A stretch of DNA of 64,000 bases from Alkalispirochaeta sp. (GTDB taxonomy: Bacteria > Spirochaetota > Spirochaetia > DSM-27196 > Alkalispirochaetaceae), in NCBI GenBank assembly GCA_965601925.1, contig OZ271854.1, positions 1,120,001 to 1,184,000 on the forward strand. The letters run 5' to 3'. Below the pieces are notes generated by a model that did no database searches, was not told where the DNA came from, and saw only the letters and a program-made list of their open reading frames with translations. Made by a program: the position numbers and the translations under genes. Shown here piece by piece: positions 1-10,329 of the stretch (its first letter is position 1; every line of letters starts with the position of its first letter).

Positions 1-375
1 TTTCGCCAGTTTTTCTCGACCCTGCCCAAGAACTTGGAAGAAGCTGCGCTCATCGACGGGTGCTCGCGATTCGGCACCTTCTTCCGCATTATTGCGCCGA
101 TCTCGACCTCGGCGTTCGTGTTGGGAACGATCTTTTCGTTCAACTGGATCTGGTCGGACTTTTTGACGCCCTTCATCTATCTGACGACGCGGCGCCTCCC
201 GATGGCGGTTATCATCCAGACCGGCCTCAACCCGCCGTTCAGCCCGATCTCGCAGGGCGACGTGCCGGTCAAGCTCGCGGCGACTACCTTTTTCATTTTA
301 CCGATGATCGTGCTCTTTTTTATCTTACAGAAGAACATCGTTAAGGGAATCACCACTACGGGGATGAAGGGGTAG
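1..375 (+). CDS. Carbohydrate ABC transporter permease (MalG-like), 5'-truncated by window
   Basis: Frame open from base 1 (FRQFFSTLPKNLEEAALIDGCS = EAA motif); C-terminal FFILQKNIVKGITTTGMKG. Confidence 0.93.
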   Translation, partial: FRQFFSTLPKNLEEAALIDGCSRFGTFFRIIAPISTSAFVLGTIFSFNWIWSDFLTPFIYLTTRRLPMAVIIQTGLNPPFSPISQGDVPVKLAATTFFILPMIVLFFILQKNIVKGITTTGMKG

Positions 376-452
376 GTTCGAAGGTTGCCTGATATCGAGA
401 TCGCCGGTCACATGAACACGCCGAGGCTACGGATCGGCGGTGCGATCGGTAC

Positions 453-794
453 TTAGTCGAAGGCCCGGTCGTCGTCCAGGGAATCGAGCCCCTCGAAGAC
501 AGGTCGCATGAAGCTGCGGTCGACGCTGTAGACGATCTTGTGCGCGCGTAGATACTCCCACGACGCGAGGCAGTCCGGGTCGGTCTGGGAGGCGATGCGA
601 TACTGCTCGTACTCGGCAAGGCTCGGAAAACTAAAGAGGGTCACCGCGACGTTGCTCGGACCCTCATGGGGCAGAAAACAGCCGTGATGCGCGCCCCCGA
701 AACGCTCGATCAGGGTGATCCAAAAACGGCTGTAGCGCTCGAACTCCGCTACCTTCCGGTAGTCGATCTCATAGCGCAAATAGCAGGTGACCAT
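453..794 (-). CDS. NIPSNAP family protein
   Basis: MVTCYLRYEID...HHGCFLPHEG...FSFPSLAEYEQYR pattern; GAGG RBS upstream. Confidence 0.88.
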   Translation of the reverse strand: MVTCYLRYEIDYRKVAEFERYSRFWITLIERFGGAHHGCFLPHEGPSNVAVTLFSFPSLAEYEQYRIASQTDPDCLASWEYLRAHKIVYSVDRSFMRPVFEGLDSLDDDRAFD

Positions 795-864
795 CGGTGC
801 CTCCTCGATCGGTGGTATCGACCGTCAGCATAGCCCATTGGAGCGGCGGCCGAAAGGAGACGCG

Positions 865-1488
865 ATGCTGTATGATATTACGCGCACCGTGGCGAGTGAC
901 ACCGCGGTCTGGCCGGGACACACCCCCTTCTCGTACCGGCAGACCTTGGACATACGCGCCGGGGACGCGGTGAACCTCACAGCGATCACCATGAGCGCTC
1001 ACACCGGGTCGCACGCCGACGCGCACTACCACTACGAAGCGGACGGCGCGCACCCCGCCCAGATGGCGCTCGACGCCTATATCGGGCAGGCTACGGTCGT
1101 CACGACGACCAAGTACAACGAAGCGCTGACGAGCGCCGACTTCCCGACGTTACAGCGTGTCGAATCGGTCGAACGAGTCTTGATCCGCAGCCACGTGAGC
1201 GATCGGCCCGATACCACCTTCCCCACCGAGTATCCTCACCTCTCGGTTGAACTCGTCGAGTGGCTGGCCGAGAAGGGCCTCCGCCTCGTCGGGCTGGATT
1301 CGCCGTCGGTCGATCCCTTCGAAAGCCTCGAACTACCATGTCACCACGCCCTCGGCAAACGTGGTATCGTGATCCTGGAGCTGCTCCAGTTATCGCACGT
1401 ACCGGACGGCACCTACGAACTCATCGCGCCGCCTCTTAAACTTGACGGTGTGTGCGGATCTCCGGTGCGAGCGATACTCCGCGCTTAA
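865..1488 (+). CDS. kynB: Cyclase family protein (kynurenine formamidase/arylformamidase-like)
   Basis: HTGSHADAHYH metal motif, GLDSPSVDP, ILELL, YELIAPPLKL-GSPVRAIL; AAGGAG RBS before ATG 865. Confidence 0.8.
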   Translation: MLYDITRTVASDTAVWPGHTPFSYRQTLDIRAGDAVNLTAITMSAHTGSHADAHYHYEADGAHPAQMALDAYIGQATVVTTTKYNEALTSADFPTLQRVESVERVLIRSHVSDRPDTTFPTEYPHLSVELVEWLAEKGLRLVGLDSPSVDPFESLELPCHHALGKRGIVILELLQLSHVPDGTYELIAPPLKLDGVCGSPVRAILRA

Positions 1489-1511
1489 GGACGATCAATG
1501 AGGAATCGCCG

Positions 1512-2456
1512 GTGATCCAAGCACGCCATCTGACCAAACGGTACGGACCGCACGTCGCGTTGGACGATGTCGGTTTTCGCATCTCTACCGGCGAGGTGGT
1601 CGGCCTTCTCGGGCCGAACGGCGCCGGCAAGTCGACGACGATGAACATTCTGACCGGTTACCTCTCGGCGACCGAAGGCGAGGTGCTGATCGGAGCCGTC
1701 AACATTCTCGACGAGCCGGAGGCGGTGAAGCGCACGATCGGCTACCTTCCCGAAACACCGCCCTTGTACGACGAGATGACGGTGCGTGAGTACCTACGAT
1801 TTGTCTGTCGTATCAAGGACGTGCCGAGGCGCGAGGTGCGCCGGCGCATCGATGACGGTCTGGAGCGCGTCGGAATCGCACGCGTGGCGGGGCGGCTCAT
1901 CGGCAACCTCTCCAAGGGCTTCCGGCAGCGCGTCGGACTGGCGCAAGCGCTCATGGGTGATCCGACGATCCTGATTTTGGACGAACCGACATCCGGCCTC
2001 GATCCGAAGCAGATCTTGGAGATTCGCGAACTGATTCGCCGGCTCGGGACCGAGCGTACGGTCATCGTCAGCTCCCACGTGTTATCGGAAGTAAGTGAGC
2101 TCTGCGGCCGCGTGATGATCATCAACGGCGGGCGTATCGTCGCCGACGGCGATCCGGCAACGCTGGGGCGGGAGCTGTTCGACACGGGGCGCATCGTGGT
2201 AACCGCAGCCGCGGACGAAGCGAGCCTCCGCTCGGCAATCGACGAGATCGCCGGCGTTACCCGCGTCGAGAGCGCGCCGGCGCCGGAGCGCGGTACGACC
2301 GAGCTCCTGGTCGAGAGTTCCAAGGATGTGCGTCGCGACGTATTTCAAGCGTGCAGTGCGAGAGAAATTCCACTGGTCGGCCTGCGAGTGAAAAACGCTA
2401 CGCTCGAGGAGATCTTTCTTGAACTTACCGACGGCGCTCGGGAGGTCGATACGTGA
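1512..2456 (+). CDS. ABC-2 type ATP-binding protein (GldA-like)
   Basis: Walker A GPNGAGKST, signature LSKGFRQRVG, Walker B ILILDEPT; GTG after GAGG. Confidence 0.93.
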   Translation: MIQARHLTKRYGPHVALDDVGFRISTGEVVGLLGPNGAGKSTTMNILTGYLSATEGEVLIGAVNILDEPEAVKRTIGYLPETPPLYDEMTVREYLRFVCRIKDVPRREVRRRIDDGLERVGIARVAGRLIGNLSKGFRQRVGLAQALMGDPTILILDEPTSGLDPKQILEIRELIRRLGTERTVIVSSHVLSEVSELCGRVMIINGGRIVADGDPATLGRELFDTGRIVVTAAADEASLRSAIDEIAGVTRVESAPAPERGTTELLVESSKDVRRDVFQACSAREIPLVGLRVKNATLEEIFLELTDGAREVDT

Positions 2457-3316
2457 TCGCAGTCATGCTACGGGAGCTCGGCTCCTACTTCCGCACGCCG
2501 GTCGGCTACATCTTCACCGGGCTCTTCCTGTTCGTGGCGGGATTCTTCTTCACCGTCGGGAATCTGTTGGCGGACAGCTCCTATTACGCGAGCTTTTTGC
2601 AGAGTATTCTCTTCCTGTACCTCTTCGCGGTGCCGCTACTCACCATGCGGCTCTTGAGCGAGGAGCGACGACGGCGCACCGACCAACTCTTGCTCACCTG
2701 CCCGATCACCGTCACGGCGATCGTTCTGGGAAAGTTCTTTGCCGCCTTTGTGGTATTTCTCCTGACGCTGTCGGTCACAGTTAGCTACGCGGTGGTGATA
2801 CACGTGTTCGGCGACTTGGAGGTGGGACGGACGGTCGGTGCGTACCTCGGATTCGTCCTCCTGGGTGCGGCGTTCATCGCCGTGGGTGTGCTGGTCTCGG
2901 CGGCCAGCACGAGTCAGATCGGAGCGGCGATTCTCACCTTCTTTGTGCTGTTGCTTATCTGGTTTCTGAACCTGGTACGCATGGTAGTGCCGACCGATGC
3001 GCTCTCCGGGACGCTCTTTGCCGGGGGAATCGCTATCGCCGTCGCGCTCTTCGTGCGCGCCCACACAAGAAACCCGATCATCGCCGCCGCGACGCTGGCG
3101 GGAGGAGCGGCGACGATCGGCGTCCTGCGTGTCGTCCGGCCGACGATCTTCGAAGGACTGATCGTCGAAACGCTCCGTCACATCAGCCTGCTCGAACGAT
3201 TCAATAGCTTCGGCCTCGGGCTCGTGGAGGTCGAACACGTCGTATTCTATCTCAGCTTCACTTCGATCGTGCTCTTTGTGACCGTCCAACTGATCGAAAA
3301 GCGACGCTGGGCGTAG
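2453..3316 (+). CDS. ABC-2 permease (GldF-like)
   Basis: RELGSYFRTPVGY, LTMRLLSEERR-DQLLLT, IVLGKF motifs; multiple TM helices; GTGA overlap. Confidence 0.9.
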   Translation: MIAVMLRELGSYFRTPVGYIFTGLFLFVAGFFFTVGNLLADSSYYASFLQSILFLYLFAVPLLTMRLLSEERRRRTDQLLLTCPITVTAIVLGKFFAAFVVFLLTLSVTVSYAVVIHVFGDLEVGRTVGAYLGFVLLGAAFIAVGVLVSAASTSQIGAAILTFFVLLLIWFLNLVRMVVPTDALSGTLFAGGIAIAVALFVRAHTRNPIIAAATLAGGAATIGVLRVVRPTIFEGLIVETLRHISLLERFNSFGLGLVEVEHVVFYLSFTSIVLFVTVQLIEKRRWA

Positions 3317-3324
3317 GAGTACCG

Positions 3325-4758
3325 ATGCGGAACGAAAAACGGTCGTTAACAGACCCCGGAGTGCGCTACGGAGGGTATGCGGTACTCCACACGCTCGTCG
3401 TGGCAACCGCGGTGATTGTGCTCAACGTGTTGGCCAACCAGTTGGGATGGCGGATCGACATGACCGACAGCTCGGTCTACACCTTGAGTCGGCAGACGCA
3501 CGACGTCATCGACCGATTGGACCGGGAGGTGACGATCTATCTCCTTGCCACGCGCAATCGGGACGACGCTCGCATCACCGAGGTGCTCGAACGGTACGCC
3601 GCGGCGTCACGCCTCATTCGGGTAGCGGAGGTCGATGCCGAGCAAGATCCGGCATTCGCGGCGCGCTTCGACCCCGGCGGCGCGGGCCTCCGTAACGGGA
3701 GCGTGATCGTGGCGAGTGCGGATCGCTCGCGCGCGATCGAGCGTGCCGACCTCTTCAGCATCGACAACCGCGACCCCCGGGCACCGCAAATTCTCGGCCT
3801 CAACGTCGAGCAACGGGTCACCAACGCGCTCCTCTTCGTGGCCGTCGGTCGCACACCGATCGTCTATCAGACCAGCGGTCACGGTGAAATCGACCTCCAA
3901 CGCGGCGGCGCCTTCGGCAGGCTGGGCGAGCAGTTCCGCCACGCCAACTTCGAGCTACGAACCTTCAATCTCGCCCAGACGACGCGCGTCCCCGGCGACG
4001 CGGCGGTGGTCGCCGTCGTGCGGCCGCGCACCGATATCTCTGAGGAGAGCGCACAAAAGCTGGTCGAGTTTCTGCGCGCCGGCGGCACCGGCTTTTTCGC
4101 GGTGGATCCGGCGGCGGGCGAGCTGTCCAACTTAGCCGGGGTGTTGCAGCGGTTCGGCATCGCCATTCCGGCGGCGATCGTGGTAGAGCCGGACCGCAAT
4201 CTCAACAACGGCGCGCCGTTGGAACTGTGGCCGCGGTTGACCGATACGAGTATCACCGCGCCGCTCATCGAGGTCGACTACCGCGTTCTGGCACCATCGG
4301 CACGGCCGGTCGTCGTGCGTGCGCCCCGGCCGCGAAACGTCACGATCGAGCCGCTCCTTACCACCTCACCGCGGAGTTTCTACCGCACCGACCTCGATCG
4401 TACCGCGTTGGAGCTCACCGTCGGGGACGTGCCGGGTCCGCACCCGATCGCCGTCGCCGCAACCGAGAGCGACTCAATCACCGACGAGGAAATCACGCGC
4501 ATCGTCGTAGTCGGTGACGTCGATTTCGTGTCGCTGGTCGATAGGGTGAACGGCAACCTCGACTTTGTGATGAACGCCTTCGGCTGGCTCGGCGGACAGG
4601 AACACGCGCTCTCGATCCGTCCCAAGACGACCATTCAATTCCCGCTGCAGACGACCGGCGCGCAGAAGCTCGTGTTCGGGGTGTTATTCGTCGTCGTCAT
4701 TCCCGTCGGGATTCTTGCAGCCGCCGTGGTGACGTGGCTGCGGAGACGCCACTTGTGA
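3325..4758 (+). CDS. GldG-family ABC auxiliary periplasmic protein
   Basis: N- and C-terminal TM anchors; D-T---YTLS, GHGE, IVVVGDVDF and N-DF-MN---WL motifs. Confidence 0.88.
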   Translation: MRNEKRSLTDPGVRYGGYAVLHTLVVATAVIVLNVLANQLGWRIDMTDSSVYTLSRQTHDVIDRLDREVTIYLLATRNRDDARITEVLERYAAASRLIRVAEVDAEQDPAFAARFDPGGAGLRNGSVIVASADRSRAIERADLFSIDNRDPRAPQILGLNVEQRVTNALLFVAVGRTPIVYQTSGHGEIDLQRGGAFGRLGEQFRHANFELRTFNLAQTTRVPGDAAVVAVVRPRTDISEESAQKLVEFLRAGGTGFFAVDPAAGELSNLAGVLQRFGIAIPAAIVVEPDRNLNNGAPLELWPRLTDTSITAPLIEVDYRVLAPSARPVVVRAPRPRNVTIEPLLTTSPRSFYRTDLDRTALELTVGDVPGPHPIAVAATESDSITDEEITRIVVVGDVDFVSLVDRVNGNLDFVMNAFGWLGGQEHALSIRPKTTIQFPLQTTGAQKLVFGVLFVVVIPVGILAAAVVTWLRRRHL

Positions 4759-6191
4759 GACGGTGGATGAGGTTGGGCCTCCTCGTCGCGGTGACCGTCG
4801 CGATGGCGGTCACCCTACGCGTACTGCGTAGCGAGGAGGAGGCCGTAACGACCGAAGCGTCGCCGACAGACGAGAGTCAGGAAGCGCGTGCGAACCTCGA
4901 CCGCGTTGTGCTCCTCGATACGCCTCGCGACTCGATCCGAACGATCACGGTACACTCCGGCGCCGAGACGGTCGTGTTAGCGCGCGATCAAGACGGTCGG
5001 TTGACGCCGCGATACCCCCACGATGTCGCCTTCGATCGCCGACGCGTCGAGTTCTTTGTCGCCTCGGCGGCACGACTTACCAGCAGGCGCGCACTTGAGG
5101 GCGAACGGTCCGCGTACGGCCTGGATGATCCGCGCGCCGCCGTCACGGTGGAACGCACCGACGGTACACTTCAGCGGCTCGCGATCGGCGACCGGACCCC
5201 GGCGCGCGACGCATACTATGTGACGCGCCCGGGAAGCGCCGCGGTATACGTGGTCCCCGAGGCGACGGTGGCGCCGCTGTTATCCACAATCGACCAACTA
5301 AGGGCGCGCACGATGCCGCGGATTGCGCCGGAGCGGCTACAGCGCATAGTCGTGCAGACACCGTCGGGCCGCGTCGTGCGAGCCGAGTATCTCGAAGAGG
5401 CGCGGCGGCGGCCGGAGTTCAGTCTGACGACCTTCGCCGTCACCCAACCATTTTCTCGGCCGCTCCCGGCGCATACTCCGTGGATCGAGGAGTCCACGAC
5501 GCAGCTCAATGCGTTACGTATCGCGCGGTTTGTGAACGACGCGCCGACGGACCTTGCGCGGTACTCCCTGGCGCCGCCGGCTGGGCGGATCATCGCTGAA
5601 GACGACCTGACGCGACTCGACCTCGTAATCGGGTCCGAAACCGAAGACGGCCACTATGCGATGTTTGCCGACTCCACGAGCGTCTTCGTAGTCGCCGGCG
5701 CCGAGTCAATCCTCGGCACGACGCCGGACGCTGCAGTCAGCCCATTCGTGCTGATCGTCAATATCGATCTGGTGGAGGAGTTTGAAGTCCGCGTCGGCGG
5801 CGAACGGTTTATCGGCCGTATCGAACGTACACCGGGCGCTACCGGGGTCGAGGCGAGGGAACGCTATCTGCTGAACGGCGTCGAGATCGAGGAGGATCTC
5901 TTCCGCGACCTCTATCAGCGAGCGATCGGACTCCAATTCGACGCTGAGATCGACCTCACGCAGGCGCCTGCGGCGACCGGCGAAATTGCGAAGCGCGAAC
6001 CGGATGCGAGGATCGACTACCGTCTTACCGACGAGGTGGGAACGCTCACGGTCTCGTTCGTTCCGCTGGATGCGAACTTCGCGGCGGTCGTCCGCGACGG
6101 GGTGAGTGAGTTTATAATCGCCCGAGCAAAACTGGACCGCATGCTGACGGCGTTCGATCGTCAGACCGCGACCCGGATCGCCGAACCGTAA
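4755..6191 (+). CDS. DUF4340-domain membrane-anchored protein
   Basis: Repeated YGL--P/YSL-PP and L-IG--TP elements; usual fourth gene of GldAFG-like clusters; GTGA overlap. Confidence 0.78.
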   Translation: MRRWMRLGLLVAVTVAMAVTLRVLRSEEEAVTTEASPTDESQEARANLDRVVLLDTPRDSIRTITVHSGAETVVLARDQDGRLTPRYPHDVAFDRRRVEFFVASAARLTSRRALEGERSAYGLDDPRAAVTVERTDGTLQRLAIGDRTPARDAYYVTRPGSAAVYVVPEATVAPLLSTIDQLRARTMPRIAPERLQRIVVQTPSGRVVRAEYLEEARRRPEFSLTTFAVTQPFSRPLPAHTPWIEESTTQLNALRIARFVNDAPTDLARYSLAPPAGRIIAEDDLTRLDLVIGSETEDGHYAMFADSTSVFVVAGAESILGTTPDAAVSPFVLIVNIDLVEEFEVRVGGERFIGRIERTPGATGVEARERYLLNGVEIEEDLFRDLYQRAIGLQFDAEIDLTQAPAATGEIAKREPDARIDYRLTDEVGTLTVSFVPLDANFAAVVRDGVSEFIIARAKLDRMLTAFDRQTATRIAEP

Positions 6192-6281
6192 AGCTGCCGT
6201 GTCGGTTCGCGTCGCCACGGATAGGGACTCCCGCACACCGTTCGACGCCGGCGGTCGGCCGACGGCGGGGGGCGCGATGGG

Positions 6282-8390
6282 TTATAACTGTCGCGCCTCG
6301 AGGTACCCAAAGTGCGTCCGCGACGGCGAAAGCTGCGCGAACCCATACATCCCGTAGGGGTGCGGTTCCGTATCGGTCCAGGTGAGGCGTTCGCTCCCGT
6401 CTATCGAGAGCGTGAGAGTCGATCCAACGGCGGTAATCTCGATATCATACGTCTCGCCGTGGCGCCAGGCGAACGGCTTCGACGCGACCTCACGGTAGCC
6501 GTTTTCGTTTTTGAGGATCGCCACGCGACCTTCGCCCGAAAGGCCTCCGGCGTACCCCAGACGCGTCCCTCGGGCGCGAAACACGACCAGATGCGACGAG
6601 CCGTTGTGCGGTTGTACGCGCGAACGAATATGCACGTCCGAGGTATAGTAGTTGCCCGTATAGAGCGAGCCGGTGTCGGCGGTAAATGCATGGACGCCTC
6701 CGTCTTCCAACGTCCATGCGCCTCCGCTCGTCGTACACTGAGTGATTTCACCGAACTCGACGGTCTGTTTTGAGAAATCGAGGCGATGTAGGCCGGTACC
6801 GCCTATTCTCACCGAGTCGAGGTAGAGTTTGCCCACTACCCGCGGTTCTTCGCGGTTCTCGATGATGACGCCGATCTCGTCGATAGCGGCGTCCACCGCC
6901 GAAATCGTCCAACTCCGGCGACGCCACTCGCCCGGTTCCGCGAAAAAAGAGGGCCCCTCAATGAGCTCCTTGGTATCGGTTCGACGAATATAGAACGCAA
7001 GCGCGGGATTCTCTCCTTCCCACGGCTCCCAGTAGTAATCGAGAGAGATTGTTTGTCCCTCGTAGATCAGCGGGGAAAAGGCGGGCAGATAGCGATCGTC
7101 CGAAAAATCGTCCCGTCGATAGAACGGTTTGACGTACACTCGGTCGCGCCCCGATCGCGGCATGCCGTCGACAAGAACCTCAAGTGCGCCGTCGCTCCCC
7201 TCGGTGGTCACCTCGCGTTGGTGTCGTAACCGCAAGAAGAGGTCTCCCGCACCACGGAAGCCGTGGGTCGACCCGGGAAGGTCGAAATCGAAGAAGAGAT
7301 CCTTGGGCGAACCGGTTATCGTCGCGGCGGCGGCGCTCGGAGCGGGAACCTCACCGGCCAGACGGTAACCGAGGATCGCGAGCTCTCGGGAAAAGCGCGG
7401 AAGATCGATCATATTGAGGGAGCCGGCGACGCTGCTACCGACAAAGAGATCGTTGATCGGTTCGCGATACCGCTGATCGACACCCCTCAACCCGCCCGCG
7501 ACACCGATGATCGTGCCGACATTGCCGGCATTACAATCGGTGTCCCAGCCGCACATCGTCGCGATCTCTACCGTGCGGGAAAGCGCACCCCGGCCGTAGA
7601 GCAGCGCGAGCACGCAGACTCCGGCGTTCGGAATGATATGACACGCGCCGGGATAGCGATCGTAGCCGAACTCCTGCGCAAGATACTCACGACACGAACG
7701 GAACTCCTCGGGATGGTCGGCATGAAATCGAACGACGGCGTCGACGACGCGGGCATACTCGCTCTCATCGGGTACGAATCGGCGCGACCCGGCCACGATT
7801 CTCGCCGGGTCGCTCTCTTCGAAGGCGATTGCGATCGCCGCGGCGATGAACCGAGCGCCGTACACACCGTTGCCGTCGTGCGAAACACTCGCCGCGGTCT
7901 CGGCAAGCTCGGCCGCCTGTCGGGGATCCCGAGGACTAACCAACCCCCAACAGTCGACGAAGATCTGCCCGCCGATCTGCTCGGCGACCGCCGCGCCGTT
8001 GTGTCGCATCGATCCCGAGTGCGGTGCGGTGATTCCTCGGGTAAGATTGACGTAGGCGGTGTGCTCGGTGCTCACACCGAAGCCGCCCCACCAGAAAAAC
8101 CCCTTGCCGTCGCGCGTATAATTGAGCCAAGCGTTTCCGACGTCTTCGCTCGTCACGGGGCGATCCGACGCCGAGTCGATCACGGAGCGCACGAAGAAGA
8201 CCGGGCCGTTCACGTCATCGTCCGCCGCAAAGGTGCGATAATCCTTCAGGTAGCCGTTGATCTCGCCGTATGCGTTTCGAATACGATCGTAGGTCCAGGC
8301 GATCGGCTCCACCGGTGCGCCGAGACGTACGCCGATACACTTCCCGAGCACCCCCGCGTATATCCGCTCCACATAATCGGTTTGAATCAT
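6282..8390 (-). CDS. ADP-ribosylglycohydrolase family protein with C-terminal beta-sandwich domains
   Basis: YAGVLGKCIGVRLGAPVE, ADDD, GWDTDCNAGNVG motifs; about 330 aa beta-rich C-terminal extension. Confidence 0.88.
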   Translation of the reverse strand: MIQTDYVERIYAGVLGKCIGVRLGAPVEPIAWTYDRIRNAYGEINGYLKDYRTFAADDDVNGPVFFVRSVIDSASDRPVTSEDVGNAWLNYTRDGKGFFWWGGFGVSTEHTAYVNLTRGITAPHSGSMRHNGAAVAEQIGGQIFVDCWGLVSPRDPRQAAELAETAASVSHDGNGVYGARFIAAAIAIAFEESDPARIVAGSRRFVPDESEYARVVDAVVRFHADHPEEFRSCREYLAQEFGYDRYPGACHIIPNAGVCVLALLYGRGALSRTVEIATMCGWDTDCNAGNVGTIIGVAGGLRGVDQRYREPINDLFVGSSVAGSLNMIDLPRFSRELAILGYRLAGEVPAPSAAAATITGSPKDLFFDFDLPGSTHGFRGAGDLFLRLRHQREVTTEGSDGALEVLVDGMPRSGRDRVYVKPFYRRDDFSDDRYLPAFSPLIYEGQTISLDYYWEPWEGENPALAFYIRRTDTKELIEGPSFFAEPGEWRRRSWTISAVDAAIDEIGVIIENREEPRVVGKLYLDSVRIGGTGLHRLDFSKQTVEFGEITQCTTSGGAWTLEDGGVHAFTADTGSLYTGNYYTSDVHIRSRVQPHNGSSHLVVFRARGTRLGYAGGLSGEGRVAILKNENGYREVASKPFAWRHGETYDIEITAVGSTLTLSIDGSERLTWTDTEPHPYGMYGFAQLSPSRTHFGYLEARQL

Positions 8391-8556
8391 GATCTTCAAG
8401 CTACCATATCATAGGACAACGTGCAGCGATCGACCGAACCGTCGAGGACGTTCAGACCGACCCGGACGCATCTGGATGCGTTCCTCAGGGCGTCGCCCCT
8501 CCGGTACGCATCCGCGCCGAGCAACAGCCGAAGGCTGTGACCAGCCCCGATATTGC

Positions 8557-8587
8557 GGCTCTTGCAAAATTGCATTTTACAAGAGCC
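8557..8587. repeat. 31-bp imperfect inverted repeat in divergent intergenic region
   Basis: GGCTCTTG-C-AAAAT-TGC-ATTTT-A-CAAGAGCC. Confidence 0.75.
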
Positions 8588-8636
8588 TCTCCAAAAAACG
8601 TTAGTAAAACCGACGAGAGTGCGTATCATATTGTGT

Positions 8637-9959
8637 ATGTTAAAACGAATTTGGCGGGGTTACGCTACCAGCGGGTACGGGGAGGCGCTGCCTCTCGGCG
8701 AACTGGAGAAAGTCATGTTCGTCAACACGTTTTCTATTATCGGAAACGTGAGCCTTCTGGCCTTTAGCGGATTTCACGCGCTTCGGAGCAACTACCTCTT
8801 CGCCGTCATCGAGCTCTCTTTTTTTGCGATCGGGCTGCTCAACATCATTGCATTACGCAAAACACGCAATGCGGATCTCGCAAGCTCGATCATTCTTTTT
8901 TTCATGATTGGAGTACTTGTGTTTCTCTACGCTACGGGAGGTACCGGAAACACGGGATTTCTGTGGTACTTCACCTACCCGCTACTGGCCTTTTTCCTCA
9001 AAGGAAAGAAACACGGAACTTTGTGGCTCCTCGCATTGGTCGGCACTACCCTCATGGTGTTTCTACTGCAGCGTACGGGTGTCGTGCCGTTTCAGGCGTA
9101 CTCAACGTTGGAGACGGCGGTGCTGACCATCACGATCCTCGTCGTCGCCTCACTGACGGCCTTCTACGCCAACGTACAAGACAGACTCGAGGAAGTGAGG
9201 GCGATGCGCGAGGGCGAGCGCTTGCAGGCCCGAATAATGGAGAGTCAGCTCGATGTGGCAAGAGGATTCCAACGGGTACTCCTGCCCGCCCAAGACATCG
9301 CCTATGAGGACGTATCCGTGTCGGCAGCGTATCGGACCGTGGGGAAGGTGGGGGGAGACTATTTCGATTTTGTGCCCATCGACGAGAATCGCATTGCCGT
9401 CATCCTGTGCGATGTGTCGGGTCACGGTGTACCCGCCGCGCTTGGGATGGTGAACATCAGAGCGATATTCCGCACACTACTGAAAAAAGATGTGCGGTCG
9501 CCGGCACAGATCATGAGAGAAATCAACAACACACTTGTCGGTGAACTGCAGGATGACTACTTCATAACTTCCTTTTTCTTCATATATGACAGAGAGCGTC
9601 GAGAGGTTATCTACTGCAATGCCGGACAGCCGCCCGCAATCCACTACTCCGACGGCACGCTATCGGAAATCACGTCCGTGGCGCTGCCGCTCGGCGTTAC
9701 GCCGGAGAATCCGTATCGTGACAAAACGATGGCGCTCCGGCGCGGCGATCTTTTCATCATCTATACCGACGGAATCGTGGAGGCGATGAACGAAGCCCGC
9801 GACGCATACGGACCGAAGCGGCTGTTTCGTACGATAGCAAAGAGCCGCCACCAAACTGCAACCCAGATTAACGAAGCCGTCATCGACGATGTAGATGTCT
9901 TCCTCAACGACCATCGAATGAGCGACGACATTTCGATCGTGACTCTCAAGGTGGAGTAG
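8637..9959 (+). CDS. Membrane-bound SpoIIE/PP2C-family (RsbU-like) phosphatase
   Basis: About 6 N-terminal TM helices; VGGDYFD, DVSGHGVPAA, YTDGIVEA, DDISIV motifs. Confidence 0.92.
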   Translation: MLKRIWRGYATSGYGEALPLGELEKVMFVNTFSIIGNVSLLAFSGFHALRSNYLFAVIELSFFAIGLLNIIALRKTRNADLASSIILFFMIGVLVFLYATGGTGNTGFLWYFTYPLLAFFLKGKKHGTLWLLALVGTTLMVFLLQRTGVVPFQAYSTLETAVLTITILVVASLTAFYANVQDRLEEVRAMREGERLQARIMESQLDVARGFQRVLLPAQDIAYEDVSVSAAYRTVGKVGGDYFDFVPIDENRIAVILCDVSGHGVPAALGMVNIRAIFRTLLKKDVRSPAQIMREINNTLVGELQDDYFITSFFFIYDRERREVIYCNAGQPPAIHYSDGTLSEITSVALPLGVTPENPYRDKTMALRRGDLFIIYTDGIVEAMNEARDAYGPKRLFRTIAKSRHQTATQINEAVIDDVDVFLNDHRMSDDISIVTLKVE

Positions 9960-10236
9960 AGCTACGGTCATTCGGGACGCGCGCCGGACCGGTTGTAACC
10001 GTCGAGACGCCGTCTCGTCGAAGACGTCGGCGACCCGGAGCTCGACCTAACGGATCGCCTACACGAGCGCGTGCTATGTTCGATTGATCGCGTTCTACTC
10101 TGAACGCCTCCGCAGGCCTTGCGCCCCTTCCTCTTTCAAAGCGTACTCTCTCGGCCTTGTTCCGCGTCGGCCACCGGGCCATCGAGAAGCAACCGAAGCG
10201 GTCAAAACGCCGAAGAACGGCAAAAAACCATCATAT

Positions 10237-10280
10237 TTCAACAATTAATTATTGATAAACAGTAATTATTATGATACATT
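10237..10280 (+). promoter_or_regulatory. Sigma70-type promoter with operator-like AT-rich motif overlapping the -35
   Basis: TTGATA(10252-57)-17bp-TACATT(10275-80) with TGn extension; ATTAATTATTGATAAACA resembles the motif at 13184-13213. Confidence 0.7.
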
Positions 10281-10329
10281 GGGCTCCGAACAACGGTGCG
10301 GTCGCCGCTCCGTTATAGGGAGAAAAGCC

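Noticed and set aside
7263..8414. Long antisense and alternate-frame ORFs (e.g. 7263-8414, 11365-12675, 17663-18736, 58085-58948)
   Set aside because: Shadows of real genes in GC-rich DNA; no motifs or RBS
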